From Azolla caroliniana (lineage: Eukaryota; Plantae; Polypodiophyta): a DNA stretch of 64,000 nucleotides. The notes under the pieces were generated by a model, which worked only from the letters and a program-made list of their open reading frames with translations, was not told the origin of the DNA and ran no database searches. Made by a program: the position numbers and the translations under genes. Shown in pieces: positions 43,570 through 58,200 of this stretch. Within the stretch, counting starts at the first letter, position 1. Every line of letters begins with the position of its first letter. The stretch is from assembly GCA_043228905.1 (NCBI GenBank), contig JBHGNT010000004.1, positions 2,418,001 to 2,482,000 on the forward strand, read 5' to 3'.

Positions 43570-45608
43570 ATATCTCGTTTCGTAGATCTCTCTCTCTCTC
43601 TCTCTCGCCTCAGATGTTTACTTCACTCTTGTGTAACTCAGACTATTAATCAGACTTCAAGAGTTAAAATCCTACCTTTGTTGAGCCTTCTTTTTTTTTT
43701 AAAAGCCTTTGGACTGCGTTGAGAGCTTAATTTTGCATATTTATTGAACTGATCGTCGAGCTTTTTGTTTGAGGACATGGATTTTTGATCCTCCAAGATT
43801 GGTGTCTTTTCTTCCAAAAAAGAACAATTTTTTTAATGGTTTATTTCTTTCAGATTGGCGGGGGGGGGGGAGCTTTTTTGGAAATGATCCAGTTGGTGAA
43901 GATGATGAATCAGGCGATATAATTTTCTGGCAGAGCGAGTTAGAATTAGAGTATGAATGGTGTTGATGGATGGCAATGATGAAGGATCAGTATGAATGGT
44001 GGTGATGGCAATGATGATGGATCAGTATGAATCGAGGTGAGGATGATGATGATGATGATGATGATGGATCAATAGGAAAGGTGAGGAGGAGGATCGATCT
44101 AATAATTGATGGACGACCTAGTCATAACGATCAATTGGCCTGGCTGAACAAATTATAATCAGACCTCGCAGATCCTTGATGATGGATCTATCGATTGCCC
44201 TCGTGAATACTCAGACAATCAGGCAGCAGCTTATTATACAGAATTCGATTGGCTCTATGCCATTGGGGAATTTCAATTACAGTCATGGACCGAACAAGAT
44301 TAATGTATAATGTAGAGAACTCTGTCACTGTCACTGTCACTCTCACTTTCACGTACTCTCTCACTGTTTGTGGGTAGGTACTGGGTACTAGGTACTAGGG
44401 AAACCCTTTGCTTAAAGAATTATGGGCATGACATCATCTCATTGGGCACCCCATGATGACGCTTCACGGACGCCTGCTCATTGACCCACATGTGTAAGCA
44501 TTTTTAATGCGATCCGATCCATCGCATAGTACCCCGGAACTCTATCATACTTCTAAGCCCGGGCCGCGTTCACACTCGCTAGCTGGCCCGAAACATAGTG
44601 GAGAGGCGTGCTGACGACACGCAGCCCTCCATCGTTGGTTCCAAAATATGGACTAGTCTAAGCACGTGGCCATGGCTCACATCTTGGGGTGAGAAAACCT
44701 TATTGAGTTATGGGACCATGAGCTTCCAAAGAGGGCATCTACCAAGACCCCCATGTAGAAACTGTTTGACGTGAGGTTCACAAGGTAAGGTGTAGGGAGG
44801 AACCCAATGGAACTCACTCACATTGTGGGGTTACATCATTGGGGCATGGAAATAAAGTCTCGTGATATAGATCCAATCGCACACCTTTAACATCCTCACA
44901 TGATATAACCATCTTAGTTTTAACCTAGAAAGTATTTGTTATGTGCATAGAAAATTTGAAAATGTACCCTTGGTTTTTCACGTATATATAAATGCCAAGT
45001 GGAACTTGAGCTCCTAATGGCATGAAAATTTGAGCTCCAAACCACATGCCAAACTCTAACGAGGAACACAATTCATGAAAAGTAAGAATCTTTTTTCGAC
45101 AATTAATTAGTTATTAAGTCTTATATTTAGCATTTGGTAGTAATGTAGTTCTTGATTATCAATATGTATAATATATTATTCCCCCATCCCCTCTAACATT
45201 CAGAAGTCAATTTGCTTTTTGAGTTTATAATCAAACCTAATCACATTTTGATCATTTCCCCAATGAAGTATTAGCAACATATGTATGTATGTGTGTATAT
45301 ATACTTGTTCTATTATTACTTTGATATTGCTACGTTAAAGTTACTATTATCTTCTTTGGTATGGTCATGATGATGATGTCTATATAGTACGATGACGATT
45401 AGTCGACACCAAAAGCAAAATCTTTTCGGCAACAACAGCTTTTTGGATGTTGCCGCCCTTGTTCAAAATATGTATATCATGTGGTCTTTAAGTACGAGTG
45501 AGAGTCAAGACTCAAGACCCCTATCCATCTCAAACACACACACACACACACACACACTCTCTCTCCTATACAACACAACGGGGAATAAAATAAATATCAT
45601 CACCATTC

Positions 45609-45680
<72 letters not shown>

Positions 45681-46728
45681 AAATTGAATATTTTCTTTGA
45701 CAACATATAGTGAGCTATACCAATTATGTGAGAGGGGGGTGAGAGTAACATTGCGTTTGTTGATGTATTGTAAACGATGACTTCGAAGGTAGATGCCACT
45801 CTTTCTATTTCAAGAAGGATTTAGGAAATTGCATTGTGTCATCCAAGTCGAGGATCAACAATGTTTGGGTATCTCTATCATGGAACTTGAAAGGCGCAAT
45901 ATATAAGCTATATTGAAAGACATGGTGTGACTCCCACACCAATTGGAAGAACATTGGGCCATCGGCGTTACTTTGCCTCACTCATATAGCCCACAACTCA
46001 CATAAGCCCAAACAATTGGATATATAACATATTTCGGACTCACATTCCACATTGGAATCTTTGAGATTGGTATAAAATAGACATATTCATCTTTTGTCTT
46101 TTTATTTTCGATGATTGGGTACATATACCCATTATTGTAATTAATTGTCTCATGGGCCAAATTTGGTCTTAGAAGTCGTTAATATCCTTACTTCTTCTTT
46201 CTTTCTCATCATTGCAATAAACAATATGCTTTTACATGCGTCTCATATAACATACTAGAAATGAATTCCCCCAATAGTTGTTTTCTACAAAGTTTCCTAT
46301 GCATGTATTTATGTTATGTCTTTTAGGATATTGCAAAAACATTGTTATTAAGTACAACATGTCAAACTCCAATAAGCACTAGCATCTATTTCTTTTTCTT
46401 GGAAAACATGTCAAAGTACAACATGAGACAACAAAATAGAAAATTGGTTGCCAATATATATCATCAAGGACCTAGCTAGAACCCTTACACTATTGTAGAA
46501 CAATATAACAAATAATGGTTTCTTCCTGTGCCAATAGATCATAGCACATCAATTGCTACACGGAAAATTGACATACAAAAAACTCTTCTAATGGCAACTA
46601 TGATTCACATCACCACGTTGTTGATGTGGAAAACATCATTGCATGTGCACCAATTGTTTCAAAAGCGCCGAATCAAATACAAACAAGAAAAGTTGCAAAG
46701 GCAAAAATGGACCGATAAAGCATAGGGT

Positions 46729-46823
<95 letters not shown>

Positions 46824-48181
46824 ATGTCTAGAAAGCATCCACTCGATGTAAATATGCATGTTCTTTGTATTTATTTCTTTATATCTTTCTAGAAATCCCT
46901 TTTCATCGTCCCAACTCTAGTGAACATTTGATATTTTAAAAATTAGCGAGAATACTTTTGCTATTTCCTGAGTGTTATCAAAGGATTTTAATACTTGTCC
47001 ATAGTTTTTATTAGTTGTCTTGTGCCTTGCTATCAAAGTTCATTCAATGCGCTAGAATGAATGGAGATGTTTTTGAGCTCAAAGATGCATTGGAAAGCAT
47101 TGTTGTTGGGTCTTCTTCGTCTTAACATTCTTCAAATCACATTCAAAGTCCTTGAGGCTTGAGATGGACCATGAATGAATGGCCATCAAACCAAGTCTAT
47201 TGGACTAAAGACGTATAGATGTGGAAAGATAAGAGTCATATTGCTTAATTGTATCACTTGTTTGCATCTTTAGGTGGCATTAACTAGAATGCTTACCATG
47301 CAAATGTGCCACTCAACAACACATTTACTATTTTGGCCTTACATTAATCATATGTTTAATAATCCTATTCAATCCTCTAATCGTTTCATTTTTATTTTTT
47401 CGCGATTAAAATTTTTGTATCTAATTATATATTTATTTATCTCTTTGGGAATATGTTTATTTTATTATTGTCATATAGCTTGACATACTAAAGATTGATC
47501 GTGAGGATTATAGTTAATGTTTAATGTAGCAAGGTAAGAAGTCGTGATAAAGCCATAGTTATTCTCAAGAAATATGCCACTAGATGAATTGCTACAGACA
47601 TCATATTTTTTAAGTCACAATCATGTCATGATCATTCTAGTAAATTTTTGTTATGGACCAAGATGACAAATTAGTCATTTTTTTGCAAGGTACAGTAGAT
47701 TAAGACTTCGTTAACATTACTTGATACGTCACATTGTTTACATGATATCCTTGATATGATGCAAGACACTTTTGAAACTAATAGATTATACTACATGTAT
47801 GTAGCATTACTTTCACGATGCCACAAACAATTTCATTCAATGCTCACAATGGTCTTTAATCATGATGCAATAAGTATTCTAATATGTGCTACCTCAATAT
47901 TCATGGTTGGTAAAGTGCTACCAAGGGGACTCATACAAAAATTTGGTTTTTTGTCATGTGCTTCACCAAATACATTCTTTTACATGATGTAACGGATTGC
48001 CAATAACAGATTGTACACATTCCTAATTCATTTATATTTCGACCTTACTACATATAATATGCTAACGTGGCATGGTATGCTAACTTGGTAACATGATTGG
48101 AATACATATGTCAAAGGAGAGGTGTTAGATAGTTAAAGCTAGTGAGTTTTTTGCCAAAGATATAGCAACAAAATAAGGGAG

Positions 48182-48350
48182 CGTTGCTAGTTTTTTTGGG
48201 GATAAGGACTGTGTAAGTTTTGCTGTTTTTTTTTGGGGGTTTTGGAGTTGTTCCTCCGTGCTGTATATATTGATCCCATTATGGATTCGAGTTTAACTTT
48301 GTTGTATTCAGTTTGCTAACTAATGCGAAGCAGTGTTTTTTTGGGAAAAA
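48182..48350 (+). mobile_element. Short 5'-truncated LINE 3' end with 15-bp TSD
   Basis: AACAAAATAAGGGAG at 48167-48181 and 48351-48365. The 3' end GTTTGCTAACTAATGCGAAG.AGTG-Tn-GG-An matches 39416-39458. Confidence 0.85.
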
Positions 48351-51271
48351 AACAAAATAAGGGAGTGGCCCGCGGGTCATTGAACATTGAATGCTCATGT
48401 AACTCCTTCAAGAATCCAGCTTATCTAAAGGCAAGTCCATTTAGAAAGTGTACTTCCCTTGTGAGTTATGGTCCTTCATAAAATATTTGATACAAAAACA
48501 TTAAATAGTGAGAGCTCTTGAATCTATGGCTTTGGACGGCCCTGAAGTGGTTGGGGAATCTCGGATGATCAGGACTGCCCACATAGTTATATTTACATAT
48601 ACTAAAAAACCTAAAAGTAAAATAGAGAAATATTTGAAAAAAAAAAAAAACAAAAACAAAAAAATAAGAAGAAGAGAGAGAAAACCCCTTTTTTGGGGGA
48701 AATTGAATCTCTTTTTTTGAAACCTTTTCCTTATCTTTTGCAAACTTATTCATGTTGAGATTGTAGAAGGTAGCTTCGAAGGAAAAAATTAGTTGAAATG
48801 CATTGATCTTGGTTGGCGCCATGGGATCATACATTGAATGGCAAAGATTATAAGACACATACACACACAATGTACCAAGACATTACTACATTAGAAGATG
48901 CCATAGAAAAATTCCGACTTCATTCATTTTATGAATTCTCAATCGTACATACCAATAAAAGCATCTGAGCTTTCCCCAAAATCATAGGTCTATATTACAA
49001 AACAATGGCACATAGAATTATAAGAATTATGCATATTATCAATATTAGCTTTACAAAAAGTGTTCAACATATCTATATGGCCCACCCCCTTTTGATGCCT
49101 TTATCAAGCTTAAAATAGATTGTGCAAATTCACATGACAATGTCGACCATGAAACCACGTTGTGTTTTGTTAGCTGAACAAATATCTTTTGTGTCTCTAA
49201 TGTTTTCACTCTAGATGCATTTCAAACTAGGATTTTATATAGCTCAATCTTTATCGAACCCATCACTAATTGTTAACTCATGTAGCATCAAGCCATGCAT
49301 CATATATATCCCACAATACTACATGTTTTCAAAAAGGAATTTCATATGATTATAGAGTTGGAAGAATAGAAAAAACCCAACAAATTTGCTAATTCAAATT
49401 TCCTTATTGCTAATTCAACAAAATTCGACACTTATATAATATACCTTTTTGGAAAATACCATAATCAATCAAGAGACACACATGATCAAATGGAACATTA
49501 GTTTCCTCAAGAATCATATATTGAAAAAAGATATATTGTTTGAGTAAAAATTTTATTGATGTTGAAAAGTGAAGATACAATATTCCGACACTATTTATTA
49601 TTGTGAGCAATCGTACATAGCTTAGTCAAATATCAGATGAGAAGAATCTCGACCACACTAGTTGCAAAAAGGCTCTTCTCATATCCATGGACCCTACAAA
49701 AGGCACCAAACAAGGTTAGCATTCAACAATTAACAAATATGAGTATAGGAATGAGTAAAAACACTCGATTCATTTGAACAAATACAAAGCATGGGCATTT
49801 CTCTAATTTGGATAAAAGACAAAATGATAGTATTGCTACACATATGGATTCTACATTGTTTTTACAAATTTCTTTTCAGAAGCTTTGAAGTTGTATTCTA
49901 GTTTTTCAATGAGTAGATTGTAAGATGATCTAGCAGTTTCCCCCCCTTTGTTGGTTGTTCTCCGTTGTAAGTTGGGATGTATATAGATCCATCTCCTTAG
50001 CCTCTTTAGGCAAAAATCTATGGTTGCCCATTGAATTTTACAAGAGGGCTTTAGGAAGTATCTTGGCTTTCTTTCCACATACTTTGTATGTTGTAGCAAA
50101 CTTGGTTTTCTTATCTAATGGAAGGATATTCTTTTTTGGAAAAAAGAAGAAGAAAAAGAGTAAAAACATGGATTTAGGAATGAGAATCAAACCTGGCAAA
50201 ACTGAATTACACCAAAGTCTGAACAAATCTATTTAAACAACAAATCTATGTTGCAAGAATTCTAACTTTTGAAGCATAAATATTAGTGATAGATACTCCA
50301 TCACTATTTATTATTGTGAACCATCGTTCTCCCACAACATTTGGGTAATGAACATAAACAATTGTAGCACTATTCTTGATATTCTTTGATCTTCATAAGT
50401 GGATTTGACAGATATGATGAAGAGTCAATTTCCTATTCTAAACACTTTGGTTGATTTAATCCTACAATTACACACAAGGGGGGGAAAACATCAACCCAAT
50501 ATAGTAGGTAACACATTAATCTTTTGTCCAGTAGTAGTTTTTAATCATTCAAATGCATGTTCTAATGAAAATGCATAGGCACCACAAACGTGTATGTTCA
50601 ATGGTAAAGATAAATTTTACTTCCAACAACATTTCTATCATTTATATTTCTGTTTCAATCAGGAGATAACTCATGCATACAAGTACATTGATGGATACTT
50701 CCATCAAAAGATAATATTTGTAGTGACCTTTCTACCATTATTTATTGATACAATGATTTCCATAAGAACATACTCCAGGGAACAACAGTTTTTGGATGCA
50801 AGTGTATTTCTGTCAAATGTTAATCGTTGAAGCATTTTTCTCATCATTATTTGTATTTCTCATAAGATGAAAACAAATTTACAACATCAAAATTTCTTGC
50901 ATGCACATTTTCCATCACAAATTTCAATTTTTGTGGGGCATCTATAAATTTCTAGGCTTATGTAATGATAGGAATGTTGCTAAAACTATTTTTTCTCTCA
51001 TCAATACATACAATTATGCAACCCTTTTTTGCAAGATTAGGTTGAAGATGAAACACATGCATTCATAAACTTGTATTCATAATGGCGGGAGGGTATTGTT
51101 CTAAAGAGTACATTCTAATGCCAATATAATGCATCTAGATTCTATAGATAAACTTGTATTCATAAAAATCGTTGTAGAATATATTTGTATTCATAATGGC
51201 TAGAGGGTATTGTTGTGGGTCTCAATGCACCAAGTTAGGAGGGACATGTTAACTAATTTAAATGAGACAAC

Positions 51272-51576
51272 AACACAATTTAACTAGCTTCAAATCATTT
51301 TCTAAAACCCATCCTCACATCATTTATAGCATTCTTCCTATATTTAAACTTAAGGGACACCATATTGATTAATGCCCTTAAGATATTTGGAAGGACATTA
51401 TAAGACGATGAGGGGGGTATTGAACACAATTTAACTAGCGTCAAATCATTTTCTAAAACCCATCCTCACATCATTTATAGCATTCTTCCTATATTTAAAC
51501 TTGAGGGACACCATATTGATTGATGCCCTTAAGATATTTGGAAGGACATTATAAGACGATGAGGGGGGTATTGAAC
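51272..51576. repeat. 151-bp tandem duplication (2 near-identical copies)
   Basis: Copies start at 51272 and 51423 and differ at about 3 positions. Confidence 0.93.
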
Positions 51577-52604
51577 CTAGATCAAAAGGCCCTCCCTTTA
51601 TTGCCCTTTCAATTAGGAGCTACTCTAAGACAATGATGTTGACCTCATGTAAATCTTAAACAATTTTTTTCTACAACTAGCATATGCTCAATCTATTGAC
51701 ACCTTTCCTCTTACCATCTTTTCTCCATTACATTGCTCAATTGAGCCTATTATAAGTTGTTTACTTGACTGTGGAGCTAGTGACACTCGTGTGATAGTCA
51801 ACCCCATTACATTCTCCATTGGTTCCACTTTTGCTTTAGTCAATGTCATGAGAATCCACAAGAAGGGTGTGAAAGATAAGGAACGGAACCAACTCAGGTC
51901 CTAAAGTAGGGAAAATGGATTTGATGATGTTGCCATGTAGGTTTCTGAGAGCACAAGCATTTAAATTGGCATGTGATTAGGTTCCTCATTATTTTCCCTT
52001 TTCCGTTCTTGAGGCGCACTTGTAAATCAAGATATTGTGTGTGCTAATAATATGTTGTATGTTTGGGAGAAATGCCTATGCACCTGTATGTGTAAATGTA
52101 AATATTATACTCGAGGGAGGTGTGTATGTGGGTGTGTTTTATATGTATGTACATATTGTGTGTAATGTATCTTGCTTTCATGTATGCATGTATGTATGAA
52201 CCAAAGGAAGGCTGAGACTGTGAAACCTAGGTTCGGCTAATTGGGGGTCGAGGCTCGGGTGTTGAGGCCTGGAGCAACATACATATAATGTGTATGGATG
52301 TATGTGTTGGTTTGCGTTCGCTATTGTTTGTTAATGTTTCTTAGTTCATTCCTTAGTTAGGCTTAAGAATCGACCATAGCTAGTGATCGGAGCCCAACCT
52401 TCAGTTTTCCTTCAATTACATAGTGGAGAAATACATTTGTTAACTCTGATTTACATATTTGACCATGCGAACCCTAAAAATGCTAGACAAAGGAAAAACT
52501 AGTAGCAGAATTCCTCCATTGCTCACCGATGGTTTTGACAATGGTTCCTTAGCCACTTCAAAAAACTTTGTTCTAAAAATATGTCATCCTTGAATCAAGA
52601 AACT

Positions 52605-53354
52605 GAGAGAAAAGAAAGATATAGTAATGTCTTCTAAGGCCAAAATTTGGCCAATGAGACAATTGGTGTACAACAAAATAGGGTATTTACCCTATCATCA
52701 AAAAATAAAATAAAATAAAAATAGAACTTAAGCTAAAAGAGTTCTCATATTGTACAAAACGTGTTATGGTGTAACATATTCGATAAAGGAAATGACTTTG
52801 TACTAGGCCTAGTTTCATTCTCATCGAAGCCTCTTGAAAAGAAGAGGGAGGTTAAAGGGTTTCGGTGTGGGTGTGACCAGTGGTCCCGGTGTAGAAGGTA
52901 CCCTAACCATGGCTTCTAGGTGGTGTAGCTCATGTTCTCTTATTTTCTTAATTGCTTCTACACCACTTCGAGTTGCTTTGAAACCCGACATTCGAGGGCA
53001 TTTGGTTCTTCTTTGGTTTTCTGCTTCATCAAGGAAGAGGCTGAGTGGTGCAGGTGGACACGGGAGGTCAAAGGGTTTCGATGTGGGTGTGACCTGTGGT
53101 CCCGGTGTAGAAGGTACCCTAACCATGGCTTCTAGGTGGTGTAGCCCATATTCCCTTATTTTCTTAATTGCTTCTACACCACGTCGATTTGCTTTGAAAC
53201 CCGACATCCGAGGGCATTTGATTCTTCTTTGGTTTTTTGCTTCATCAAGGAAGAGGTTGAGTGGTGCAGGTGTGTCCACATTCGTCGTCTCCCCCTGTCC
53301 CTAAAAAACTTCATTTGTTACATGTTGGTGAATATTAGAAACATTGTTATCAAC

Positions 53355-53406
<52 letters not shown>

Positions 53407-53498
53407 AAATCATTATGGCACTTATAAATCCCCTGATTACACCCTATTTTATTGTACACCAATTGTCTCATGGGCCAAAATTTGGCCTTAGAATATGT

Positions 53499-53500
<2 letters not shown>
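52605..53500. mobile_element. Dispersed repeat with ~60-bp inverted ends and an ORF tail carrying a 216-bp in-frame duplication
   Basis: 52625-52685 is the reverse complement of 53440-53500. ORF 52821-53279 (-) contains two 72-aa repeats. Related ends occur at 4150-4220 and 46125-46185. Confidence 0.7.
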
Positions 53501-53552
<52 letters not shown>

Positions 53553-55330
53553 AAAAGCACACAATTATATTAATTGTATGTAAAATCCACTTGGTTACAA
53601 CACTTCTTAGTCTCCTCTACCTATCATATGCCTATGTAGGGAGAGGGATGTCTTGTAATGCTATTAAAAAACCTGAATATGCATTTGAGGAAATGATCCC
53701 CACGTGCTCTAATATCCAAAAATTCCACATGAGAATACCTTTCAGCTTCTTTATATAGGCTTTCACCCCATGTCTATTATCAAACATGAAAGCATTACGC
53801 ATATTCCAATTGTGTTGTAGACCCCAATAATGTAAAAATTGGAACAATATCTCTATCTCATCATTTGAACCATTTTGAACATATTGAGAAAAAACCCATT
53901 GTTGAGGTCACAAACAACAACAGATTAAAACTTGCCAAATGTCCGATAAGTACCTCCAAACGGTACACGCTATATGACATTTAATGAACCTATGTGTATT
54001 ATCCTCCAATGGAACGCCGCAAAAGAAACAAGTGTCAGACCCTAGTCCTCATCTGTTTAAGGCTGAACCTAATGGGGGCCCACCAATCATGACTCTCCAT
54101 ATGAATACCTTTGCATGACATGGTAGATGGGAATGCCAACCACATTGTAATATTTTCCACCACCTTGCATGTGACTTACATACATTCCACAAATTCGCTG
54201 CTTTAGGAGATTGCCAAGATAATGATGACATCGCATGATGATACAATATATTTGTTGTGACCTGTATCAAGCATGTACCTTCTTGTAACCGCCAATCCAC
54301 CCAAGGTACAAAATTTGTTTTCAATGTCAAAGATCCTTTCAATAATGGTATATCTTGTAATTTCTCCCAAATAAATCCATAATTTGGGGGAATACATTAC
54401 CATCGTTTGGCATCTTCAAAATCCGACAACCTTTGAGATTCATTATCAACCACATCTTCCAAATGTACAAAATCCCCAATCGAAATGAATGATTGAATTG
54501 AGATCTCAACTTCTCTTTCCCATACCAAAACAACACTTGAGAAGAAACAAGCAATTCATTTTGTAATAAATTACAATATTCTCTTGATGGTCCCCATTCA
54601 AAAAGAGGTAATGCAGCTTGCCACGATCTTACCAAATGTTATCGACATACAGAATGTCGAATCTTTAGAGGAATACTTCCATTGAGTAATGACCACCAGG
54701 ATACTTGAATCTTTGTTTTCCCATGCACCAATCCTTCATGCTCAATAAAATATTGCATCATAGATAGCCATGGTTGATCTTATTGACATATATCTCATAA
54801 TAATGCAAATCTATGAGTCATCAAATGTCTTTCCAAATCCAATATTGCTGCACCACCCAACCTTTTAGGAGTAGCCAAATGGTCCCATGAAATCTGTAAC
54901 TCCCATCATTTCTCCCTTTCGCCACAACATGAACCGAATAGGTTATAACATGTTTTGTAATGCCTTCTTAGTCCAAGGTAGTAAAGGCAAAAAATATAAT
55001 AACATGGGTATCAAGATACATTGCACCACTTTGAGTCGTACATGAAAGGGCCATAATTGAAACTTCCAATACATAAATTTGTCCTTCAATTTACTACCAA
55101 TCCAATCAATCAATTGAACATTTGTAACATCAACACCCAATTGATAACCCAAATGTCGATAAATTGATCCTTGTCAATGCTTGTGCCACCAATTGTCCAC
55201 TAGAAGGAAGATGCAAACCCATAATCTCACCACTAGCTGCAAGATTTGACAACATTACTAACAAAGGATGTGTAACAATAACAAATAACAATGGTCTTAG
55301 TGGACATCCTTGCCGCACGGATCTAGTAAG
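53500..55330 (-). mobile_element. L1-like LINE fragment (RT C-terminus to zf-RVT) with (GA)n tail
   Basis: SVRQGCPL.PLLF, WDHLATPKRLGG and KVFIWRVMIGGPPLG..CFFCGVPLEDNTH. The 3' end is TAATATAATTGTGTGCTTTTACC(GA)n. Confidence 0.85.
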
Positions 55331-55351
55331 AAACACATGTGTGCACGCACG

Positions 55352-55353
<2 letters not shown>

Positions 55354-55410
<57 letters not shown>

Positions 55411-56030
55411 AAAACACAATTATATTAAATTTATGTGTGTGAAAAAGACTACTTACAATGGGTTTCATAATGGAGTATGGTCACACACTAACTACATGGG
55501 TAGTGGAACATGTTGAATTGCCAGTAGGTAAGACAAACACTCCACTAAGGAAAAAATTGCCACTTGCTCCAATAAAGAAATTTGCCTCATAAGTATTCCC
55601 TTCAACTTTCATAGATATGCTTTGACCTTATGCCTACCATAAAATATAAAAGCATTGCACATATCCCAATTATGACACAATCCTCAATACCTCATAACTA
55701 AAAAACAATCTCCGTGTCTGATTTTGGGTCAACTTGTGTAAATTGTGCAAACACCCACTGTCTAAGCGTCAAATAACATTGTGATAAAACTTGCCAAATT
55801 CGAGAAATGTAACTCCAGATGTGACAAGCAATCAGACATTGTATGAAACAATCAGTACTATCTTCCATTTGAACAATGCAAAAGAAATAATTGCCTATTG
55901 CTAGTCCACGTCGCGTTAGAGCTAATCCCAAAGGCAAATCCCCAACAAAACATAGTGAAGCCCCATATATACTCTTTATGTTAAGGAGAGACATCCACGT
56001 CTGAAGGGTCACACACCACAACTCTTGGGC
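55354..56030 (-). mobile_element. Second copy of the same LINE family (zf-RVT + 3' UTR) with (GA)n tail
   Basis: GDLPLGLALTRRGL..FFCIVQMEDSTDCFIQCLIACHIW. The 3' end is TAATATAATTGTGTTTTCACC(GA)n. Confidence 0.8.
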
Positions 56031-57199
56031 AAGGCAAAAGCATAGCTAATGTGGCCCTCCTACAACAATTCATGCCCTTAGGGCTCAATTCCCATTAGGG
56101 AAGCATATATGATGATCAGCCTCTCTGATTTTGAATACAAAGGTCGGGGCCATGTTATCTAACCAAACACATCAAACTTACATTCCAAGAGATTTTAAGG
56201 TTGTGCTTAGGAGAGGGTGAGGTGAATTACACACCACCTCAAGGCTATGAAGTCCTCAAAGAGACACTCACATGACTAAGATGAGTAAACATTTAGGGAG
56301 GATTGAATTGAGTTTTCCATCATGACTCATACCTTGGAATGTTGCACTACCAAGGGTCACTACTGAGTCCCGAGAGGTCATCTTTGCAACAATGGGTTAG
56401 TCAAGGGATTGGGGGACATCATCCATCAATGGCAACAACCACGACATATATCAACACATAAACACATTTACATCTCCACTCCATACAACTATAGATGCCT
56501 TGAAGGCTTCTTAAGCTAATCTAAAATTAACAAACACTTAATCACTACAAAAATAAAGAAATATGGTTGTTTTATGAAGTGTCTCAATTAATTCGGTTTT
56601 TATTAATTAAAAAAGCTTGTATATCTTGATTAAATAGGGTGAAAAAGGTACACAGGAAAATGGCTTGTAGTGGATGCAAAGAGGGTAGAATGAGGATAAC
56701 AAGTATCCACAAAGTTAAGGCACCCAAAGACCTTTCTAAATGATAGTTCTTGTTTTGATAGCTAGGTACACCATGTGACCTAGATGTCAAAACACTAATC
56801 TATATGCAAATGAGGTTGCGCATCATGTCATGAAACTCTCCCTTAGTAAAAATATCAAAATAAATTAGGAGCATTAAAGGATGTTATTCTCAAGGAAGGG
56901 TGTCAAATTTCAGTGCATGTGTAGGTGGAGATCAAATGATTAGTATTTGATGTAACATTTGGTTCAATGAAGAATGCGAGGCTCACCTCAAAATGCTCAA
57001 GCTTCTAAAAGGTGAAAATGAAAAGGTCCTAATTTTGTATCATATCTCGTAATAGTGAGGAGAAAGAAGAGGCAATATATGATCAAATGCAAGAATGGAA
57101 GAAAACTCAAATAATTAAAGTGTAACCAAACTTCATATGGAGATAACTCAAGGGCAAAAAAGAGGATATAATTGGCGAATTCACCAATGAATAAATGGA

Positions 57200-58200
57200 A
57201 TAATATATATGTAAGCTTTATATTCATGATGGAACAATGCCTAGGACATTGAGTATGGAAACACTATATAATGTATGTGTGCCCATTGAAAATATTGATG
57301 GAGGGGCAAAAAAGATGTCTAATGGCAAAGTGGTGGATGCAACTTTAATTATCATAAATAGAACTATCCTAGACCAAGTTATCCAACAAAGTTTTCTAGA
57401 AGATTGATTTAAGAATTGGATTAAATCAATCCATAAATGAGGAGATAAAAATTTGGTATCCAATTATCGAACTATCATGGTTAGCTCAATTATGGCCAAG
57501 TTATATAACACTATCATTGAACAAAAGATCCTACCTAATCAAGCAAGCGTTAGACCAAAACATTCCATTGCCAGTCATTTGGTTACACTAAGAGTAATTA
57601 TGAAAGAAAGTCAATTTTAAGGGAAAATGTTATATTGTTGCTTTGTGAAATTCAAGAAAACCTTGGAAAAGAATGATAGAGATTAGAAGAGCAATTGTAG
57701 ATTGTATGAGCAAGTTATGTGCCAAATGAAAATGGATAGTGGTTTCCTAACATACTTCTTGAACAAAATGGGGGTCAAGCTAGGGTTCCTCACTCTTTGT
57801 TCTATGCAACGATAAACTAGAAGAAACATTAAAGAAGGTTGCAAAAGAAAAAGGATTAGATAGCCTAAAACTAATTTAAGAGCTTATTTTTATACTCTTA
57901 CATGCTAATAATATTGTGTTATATTCATATACTTCGGATGATATGCAACACTAACTAAATGTACTAGAGACATTTTGCCAAATCATTGAAAAAGAATCAT
58001 TATTGTTTTAAAGGCAATATAATGAAGGCACTATCTCACTTTTACATGCAAGGAAGGGAGAAGCAATATAAGTGGTGGAAAGCTTCAAATATCTTAATAT
58101 GTTAATGTCCTCTAGATTTCAAGCTAGTTGGAATACATATGTTCTGAGAACAAATGCTGCAACCAAAGTGATACTCGAGGCCAGAAGTTAGATTGACGTT
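57200..58200 (+). mobile_element. Decayed LINE RT fragment (RTE-like)
   Basis: NYRTIMVSSIMAKLYNTIIEQ, HLVTLRVIMKES..LYCCFVKFKK and MGVKLG, with many stops. Confidence 0.6.

Noticed and set aside
48600-51200. Possible decayed DNA-transposon coding region (Cys-rich fragments on the minus strand)
   Set aside because: Too degenerate to assign without an HMM search.
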